A stretch of 64,000 bases of DNA from Candidatus Binatia bacterium (GTDB taxonomy: Bacteria; Desulfobacterota; Binatia; UBA9968; CAXXLF01), in NCBI GenBank assembly GCA_963664015.2, contig CAXXLF010000001.1, positions 320,001-384,000 of the forward strand, in the 5' to 3' direction. How positions within the stretch are numbered: the first letter of the stretch is position 1; every line of letters starts with the position of its first letter. Both the position numbers and the translations under genes were made by a program. Shown here piece by piece: positions 58,844-64,000 of the stretch. The notes below the pieces were generated by a model that saw nothing but the letters and a program-made list of their open reading frames with translations, searched no databases and was not told where the DNA came from.

Positions 58844-59758
58844 CTACTCATCCGCGTTGACACCGGGCCTCTGAACCCGCCCCAAGTCGTCCCCTATCTC
58901 ATGTCGCATTCGAATCAGGCCGTCGCGAGCCCCACCCAGGACGGTTTTAAGCGCCCGCTGGGCGCAGGTCGTGACGAGGCCGGCATGCAGCGGCCGCCGC
59001 GCGCGCTGATTCATTTCTGCAGTGCACCGCGGTTCTAGAAGACCGTGCTCCAAACCAAATACTTCGCAAATACGTTTTCCGAACGAATATCTATCCATAT
59101 TGTCCGAACCGGCTAAATGATAAAGTCCATATAGATTTCGCTCTGCAAGTTCGACGCTTGCAAGCGCCAGATCACGATTGTAAGTTGTATTGGAAACCTG
59201 GTCTACGGATACGGAACTCGTTCTCGAGTCCCGAGCCGCGCGCAGAACCTGATACGCGAAGTTCTTACCCTGAATCTCCGGCCCATAAACAACAACCGTC
59301 CGTACAATTACCCATTGTTCGAGTTCCGATTGAAGGATTTGCTCAGCTTCGTATTTGCACTGGCCATAAACATTAATTGGCGACGGCGAGTCTTCCTCCA
59401 CATAGGGACCGGCGTTGCCGTCAAAAACATAGGAAGAGGAGTAAAAGAGAAACCCCGCCCCAAGTTTCCGACCGATTCGCGCCAAACCGATAGGCCCGTC
59501 CACGATCTCTCGACGGGCCACCGCCGGCTGTTCCTCACACGCGTCCGCATTGGTCATCCCTGCGGTGCAAAAAATCCAGTCCGGCCTCACGCGTTCGACG
59601 AGGGCCTGCACCGCCCCAGAATCATTCAGGTCCAGGTGTACATATCCCTTTATGGGAAAGCTTCGGTAAGTTCCGGTCGTTTGATGCCCTCCCGCCTCAA
59701 GTACCTTCATCAACGCTCCCCCAACCTGCCCGGAAGCACCTATCACCAATACGCGCAT
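58844..59758 (-). CDS. RmlD-like SDR (dTDP-4-dehydrorhamnose reductase family)
   Basis: GASGQVG, SSYVFDG, PINVYGQCK and A.RP motifs. Confidence 0.85.
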   Translation of the reverse strand: MRVLVIGASGQVGGALMKVLEAGGHQTTGTYRSFPIKGYVHLDLNDSGAVQALVERVRPDWIFCTAGMTNADACEEQPAVARREIVDGPIGLARIGRKLGAGFLFYSSSYVFDGNAGPYVEEDSPSPINVYGQCKYEAEQILQSELEQWVIVRTVVVYGPEIQGKNFAYQVLRAARDSRTSSVSVDQVSNTTYNRDLALASVELAERNLYGLYHLAGSDNMDRYSFGKRICEVFGLEHGLLEPRCTAEMNQRARRPLHAGLVTTCAQRALKTVLGGARDGLIRMRHEIGDDLGRVQRPGVNADE

Positions 59759-59770
59759 CAGGTAACAATT

Positions 59771-60517
59771 CTATTTCAGGGTGCTTTTAACCCAACGCAC
59801 AGACCCACGAAATCGCTGCCGGAGCATGTTGCGGAGGAACTCCAGGGACGTTGTCAGACCCACGTTTGACCCCCCACCATCCCGCGGCAGAAAGATGACA
59901 TCCACCTGGCCCGTCCGATAACTGTTCCTGCTCGCCTTGATCATAATCTCAGCGTCGATAAACCAATCTCTGCTACTCAATTCAAGCTGCCGATAACATT
60001 CTCTGCGCATAAGCTTCGGCGCACCGTTAACATCTCTACTCTTAACGGAAAAAAGGAGGTGAAAAAGTAAATTATAGCATTTCGACATAAGTAAACGCTT
60101 TAAGCCGTCCTGGCGAACGACCCGATTCACCTTACATAAATCCAGATTCTGCTCGATCAAGAGGCGATAGACGCGTATCACATCCCGGGGCGCGATCTGG
60201 CCGTCTCCACAGGTGAAACCGACTACTGGAGCCGTAGTCTCTTTCAAGCCGCAGATAATTCCCCAACCGTACCCCTTATTAGCCGCAACATGTACCCCCC
60301 GGATTGATTTATTGCCCTTCCCCAGCCCCTCCACAATCTCTCCCGTATCATCCTCTGAACCATTGTTGACTAAAACCAGCTCGCAGGGAATCCTCTCCCG
60401 TTCGAATTCCGCAATCAGGCCCGCAACGACACCAGAGATCGCACTTCCTTCATTATAAAATGGAATGACCAGGGAGACTGCCGGACCCGTGTCGATTTTA
60501 TTTACGCCCATGGCCAA
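59771..60517 (-). CDS. GT2 glycosyltransferase, polyprenol-phosphate glycosyltransferase (DPM1-like)
   Basis: IPFYNE, VNNGSED.T, NKGYG, CGDGQ and F.D.E motifs. Confidence 0.8.
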   Translation of the reverse strand: MAMGVNKIDTGPAVSLVIPFYNEGSAISGVVAGLIAEFERERIPCELVLVNNGSEDDTGEIVEGLGKGNKSIRGVHVAANKGYGWGIICGLKETTAPVVGFTCGDGQIAPRDVIRVYRLLIEQNLDLCKVNRVVRQDGLKRLLMSKCYNLLFHLLFSVKSRDVNGAPKLMRRECYRQLELSSRDWFIDAEIMIKASRNSYRTGQVDVIFLPRDGGGSNVGLTTSLEFLRNMLRQRFRGSVRWVKSTLK

Positions 60518-61838
60518 TCGATTCGAAGCCCTTCCTACGCAATGAGTTGTGGAGGCCTGAGGTCATGCTCATGAGCAGCCAGGGTTCGGCACTACCGAGA
60601 TCATGCCCGACGAGGAAATAAGTAAAGAAAAACACACTTGCCCCTAAAATCGATATTGCGAACTGCTTTTGCATCTGATCGCCGAGCCTAGTGGCAAAGG
60701 CACTTGCCGAGATGAGGTATCCCGCCCAGAGAGCGAGTATCCATAGAAATATCGCTCCCCCAACGACTCCCACTTCTCCCAATACCTGCATATAGACATT
60801 GTGAACCGCGGTCAAACCGTCCGGGAAAATGTTTCCTACGCCCACCCCCACCCACGGAGATTCCGAAAAACGATCGAGAGCAAATTCAATAAAAGCCAAC
60901 CGCGCTACTACAGAAGGATCAGATTGCAACGTCTGAACCGACATACGACTTCCGACAAGACCCAGGAGACCCAAAAGCCACGCACCAAAGAATAGAAATG
61001 CGGCGCCTACCACGACCATGATTGCCCTATTTCCGGTCAAATCCGGAACGGTAAACAGGAAAATAACAACGAGGCCCGCTGCAAACGCAACCATTGCAGC
61101 TCGCGTACCGCTAAGAACAGTCAACACCCCCATACTGCAGATCAAAATCCAATTCCCCAACGATACCAAGGGAGAACGCATCGTCCGGCGAATACTAAAC
61201 CCTAGGAACATGCCCAATGGTAGCCAGGATGCAACTCCCTGCAGAAACATTGCTCCTCCCTGATCTTTCCGTACCACGGCGAGGATTGGATCATTAGACG
61301 CAACCGATTCAGCCTGAAGTAGGGCGCTCAATGCCGAGACACCACCGTTCTGTCCGATCGCTACGATATACCCAACCGATTGGAATAGCCCCGTGATCAG
61401 TACACAAATAGCGATCCTTTTATATCGGCTTGGGAAGTCCCCACTGAGGTAATCCGCGAGGACAAAATACAGCATGCCGTTACGTAACAGTTTCAGTGAG
61501 CGAAACCCTCCACCATGAACATTATCGGCCCAAAGCACAGACATAACGCAAAACAACAGAAATATTATTACAGCTAAATCCAGGCGGTTTCTGATCATGT
61601 CAAGCCGGCCCGTCAAGCACCGCCCCCCGAACCACAGCCCAACAACCAGAAGCAACACCATGTCTCCGATACGACCGTTGGCGGCGCCCCCTAGCTGCCA
61701 TAAGGACACCTGCCTGATAGTCATGGTTAAAATTATCGAGGCCATCCAAAATCCGGCACCCGGAAAACTGAATTTCATCGATGCCGGTCTCCACGGAAGG
61801 ACCGGATAGGCGTCTTTTATCTCTGCATTAACGTCCAT
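60498..61838 (-). CDS. O-antigen ligase/Wzy polymerase family membrane protein
   Basis: SGTRAA, PWVGVGVG and HNVYMQVLGEVGVVG motifs. Confidence 0.8.
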   Translation of the reverse strand: MDVNAEIKDAYPVLPWRPASMKFSFPGAGFWMASIILTMTIRQVSLWQLGGAANGRIGDMVLLLVVGLWFGGRCLTGRLDMIRNRLDLAVIIFLLFCVMSVLWADNVHGGGFRSLKLLRNGMLYFVLADYLSGDFPSRYKRIAICVLITGLFQSVGYIVAIGQNGGVSALSALLQAESVASNDPILAVVRKDQGGAMFLQGVASWLPLGMFLGFSIRRTMRSPLVSLGNWILICSMGVLTVLSGTRAAMVAFAAGLVVIFLFTVPDLTGNRAIMVVVGAAFLFFGAWLLGLLGLVGSRMSVQTLQSDPSVVARLAFIEFALDRFSESPWVGVGVGNIFPDGLTAVHNVYMQVLGEVGVVGGAIFLWILALWAGYLISASAFATRLGDQMQKQFAISILGASVFFFTYFLVGHDLGSAEPWLLMSMTSGLHNSLRRKGFESIGHGRK

Positions 61839-61841
61839 GGG

Positions 61842-63380
61842 TTATTCCATCCGTGGCGGTCGATCCTCTTTTTTTTCGTACAGATAAACCTTGATCCGAT
61901 AATCGAGAAAATTCTTCTTAAACAGCTTAGACTTGATTAAGCGGTCGGGGTCGTGGAAAAACTTTTTTTCGTCCATACGAGCGTAACGCCCATCAAACCA
62001 GCTTCGCGCATCGTTGGTAACCCTCTGAAAACCCGAATCCGCCCCCACCAGCCATAATTGCCTGCCCGCCCCGGCGTCCAAACATTCCACCGAATCCTTA
62101 AAGTGATTTCCGTAGATCGGCTGCGCGAAACCTTCAAAATGATTAGTGTAATAGCTCAAGGTGATGCCTGAACCGATCGCAACCAAACAATCTCCCGTTC
62201 GCTGATGCTCCCGTATATACTTTCCCACCCCGCGCCAAGGATCTACCTGGGCCAGGATATGGAACTCCCGGTTATGAAAGTAGTTAATTATGGAGACACA
62301 TACAGGAACCAGTAATATAGACAAAACAACCGCCTGAGCCTGAACCCTAGGGATGGAGAGAAGTCCTTTGGCTATAACCAGATAATAAACTGGGGCAAGG
62401 AATAAATAATATTTGGGCATTGACGAAAAGATCAGGCTCCCAGCAAGGAACGGGAGCGACAAATAGAGCAGGACAAACACAAACACTTCTTTCTCTTTCT
62501 TAAGACTTCTGGCCCCCAAGACCGCTACTGCTCCAAAAGCCAACGCCCCCGCGAGAGCCACAACATTCCAGGGGAGAATGGTTTGACCGAGGCTTACGGC
62601 AAAAAGAAGGTAAAGGGGTTTTACTAGCCAACCGGCTATAACAATTGGGAATTTATCCGGATGATCGAGGGTAAACAGTTCGGGGTGCTGAATTTGAAAG
62701 ATAAGGCCGGGAAGCCAAAATGCAAACACACCGCCGATGAACAACTGTGAAACAATAGCCTTCACCCGATGATGTCGATAAACGGGATATCGAATGAAAA
62801 AATAGGCCCATTCAAACAGCAGGATGAGAAACGCGTGGTAGTGCACATATACACTTAACGTACTTATGACTGTGTACATGAACCAATGGAACGACCGGCC
62901 GCCGCGCAGGGCCCTCAGAAAGAAGTACAGTGAGAATAAAGCCAAAAAGGTCAGTAGCGAATACATGCGAAGTTCCCGGTCGTAGAGCAAATGGAACGGC
63001 GAAACTGCGACCAGCAATGCTGTAAGAATGGCAACCCTTCTGCCTAGCAATTCATAAGCCAAGATAAAGCCGGCGGGGATCACAGCAATTCCAAAAATTA
63101 CCGGCAGCAAACGAAAATAGACTTCTCCTTGACCAAAAGAGGCCCAGATTTTCACTAGGAGAAAGTAAAGAGGCGGGTGTGCGTTGCCGCAACTGGGCGT
63201 GAGAAATGTCTTTACATTTTGGATAGCATCACCGCTGCACAGGCTTATCAGCTCATCCGACCAGAAGCTCTTATCCCCAAGGTCCCATAACCGGAGAGAT
63301 GCACCGAGAACAGTGATGGCGAGAAGTGCCAGCCCGGTATAAAACCCTCTCCTGGTCTTATTCCTTCCGGTATCAGCCAT
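61842..63380 (-). CDS. GT39/GT83-like (GT-C) membrane glycosyltransferase
   Basis: SFWSDE, HPPLYF, SPFHL.Y.RELRMY and HY motifs. Confidence 0.8.
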   Translation of the reverse strand: MADTGRNKTRRGFYTGLALLAITVLGASLRLWDLGDKSFWSDELISLCSGDAIQNVKTFLTPSCGNAHPPLYFLLVKIWASFGQGEVYFRLLPVIFGIAVIPAGFILAYELLGRRVAILTALLVAVSPFHLLYDRELRMYSLLTFLALFSLYFFLRALRGGRSFHWFMYTVISTLSVYVHYHAFLILLFEWAYFFIRYPVYRHHRVKAIVSQLFIGGVFAFWLPGLIFQIQHPELFTLDHPDKFPIVIAGWLVKPLYLLFAVSLGQTILPWNVVALAGALAFGAVAVLGARSLKKEKEVFVFVLLYLSLPFLAGSLIFSSMPKYYLFLAPVYYLVIAKGLLSIPRVQAQAVVLSILLVPVCVSIINYFHNREFHILAQVDPWRGVGKYIREHQRTGDCLVAIGSGITLSYYTNHFEGFAQPIYGNHFKDSVECLDAGAGRQLWLVGADSGFQRVTNDARSWFDGRYARMDEKKFFHDPDRLIKSKLFKKNFLDYRIKVYLYEKKEDRPPRME

Positions 63381-64000
63381 CGACCTGCTCCGATAGCCCC
63401 TCGACCATCCTCCGAAACTCCCGCTGCTGCCGCTCAACGGAAAAGTCCCTCTCTACTCTCTTCCGACCCTCTTGGCCGAGCCTCTGTGCGAAGTCGGGAT
63501 CGTCCAATACCGCTCTTAGGGCGTTACGGATTTCCGTAGTAGACTTCCCATCGACCAGGACCCCCGTGACTCCATCCACCACGGCCTCCGGAGTAGCCCC
63601 AGTCCGGCCAGCAATCACCGCTTTGCCGTGAGCACCCGCCTCGATGAATACGATCCCAAAACCCTCCGTATCACCATCCTCCAACGTACGAGTCGGCAAA
63701 AGGAATAATTTGCATATGGAATAAAGGAAATGGAGTTCGTTATCACTCACTGCACCTACAAAAATAACCTGGCCCGTATCCCCTTCCTGCCGCGCACATT
63801 TCTTGAGGGACTCTTCCCTCTCTCCTGTCCCGGCAATAACCAGGCAAAGGTCCGCGTACTCTTTCTTCAATTCGGTAAATGCGCGAATAGCGTTATCAAA
63901 CCCTTTCCGCTCGATGAGCCGCCCTGCCATCAGGACGATACGGGTGTTTGATAGCGCCCTGCCGTTAAGCATCTGAAGTATTCTCTTCGAAGGTTGAACC
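63373..64000 (-). CDS. GT4 glycosyltransferase (C-terminal part; starts outside the window)
   Basis: GRLIERKG, EGFGIVFIEAGA and V.DGVTG motifs. Confidence 0.88.
   Translation of the reverse strand, partial: VQPSKRILQMLNGRALSNTRIVLMAGRLIERKGFDNAIRAFTELKKEYADLCLVIAGTGEREESLKKCARQEGDTGQVIFVGAVSDNELHFLYSICKLFLLPTRTLEDGDTEGFGIVFIEAGAHGKAVIAGRTGATPEAVVDGVTGVLVDGKSTTEIRNALRAVLDDPDFAQRLGQEGRKRVERDFSVERQQREFRRMVEGLSEQVDG

Overview
A 64 kb bacterial window, mostly coded on the minus strand. The gene style (several phthalate-type Rieske and decarboxylase-like paralogs) suggests a deltaproteobacterium-like lineage such as Binatota, which is inference only. It has four zones. (1) 1-8 kb is a decaying aromatic-catabolism/transport patch: a class II aldolase, three 4,5-dihydroxyphthalate-decarboxylase-like/substrate-binding paralogs, one intact and one truncated Rieske oxygenase, a nonsense-disrupted nitroreductase, an integrase remnant and a permease remnant. 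(2) 8-15.4 kb is housekeeping-like: an extended YfhL ferredoxin, ManC, VIT1, TrmI and a multiply disrupted sensor kinase. (3) 15.7-39.7 kb holds a 2853-aa fully reducing type I PKS (KS-AT-DH-cMT-ER-KR-ACP-TE) with AcpS, a class III aminotransferase, a HAD phosphatase, two PaaK/CapK-like ligases, two ArnT-like GT-C enzymes, Wzi and a geranylgeranyl-reductase-like enzyme. (4) 39.7-64 kb is a Wzy-type surface glycan locus rich in modifying enzymes. Two things stand out. One is the PKS cassette built into the glycan operon, a candidate new glycolipid or lipid-anchored capsule pathway. The other is a modular, ordered family of degenerate 7-mer/9-mer tandem repeats that sits just after stop codons, has entered two coding sequences in frame, hosts nested miniature palindromic insertions and flanks a four-helix-bundle gene. 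No rRNA, tRNA or CRISPR array was recognised. All product calls are motif-based, by eye, without database searches.
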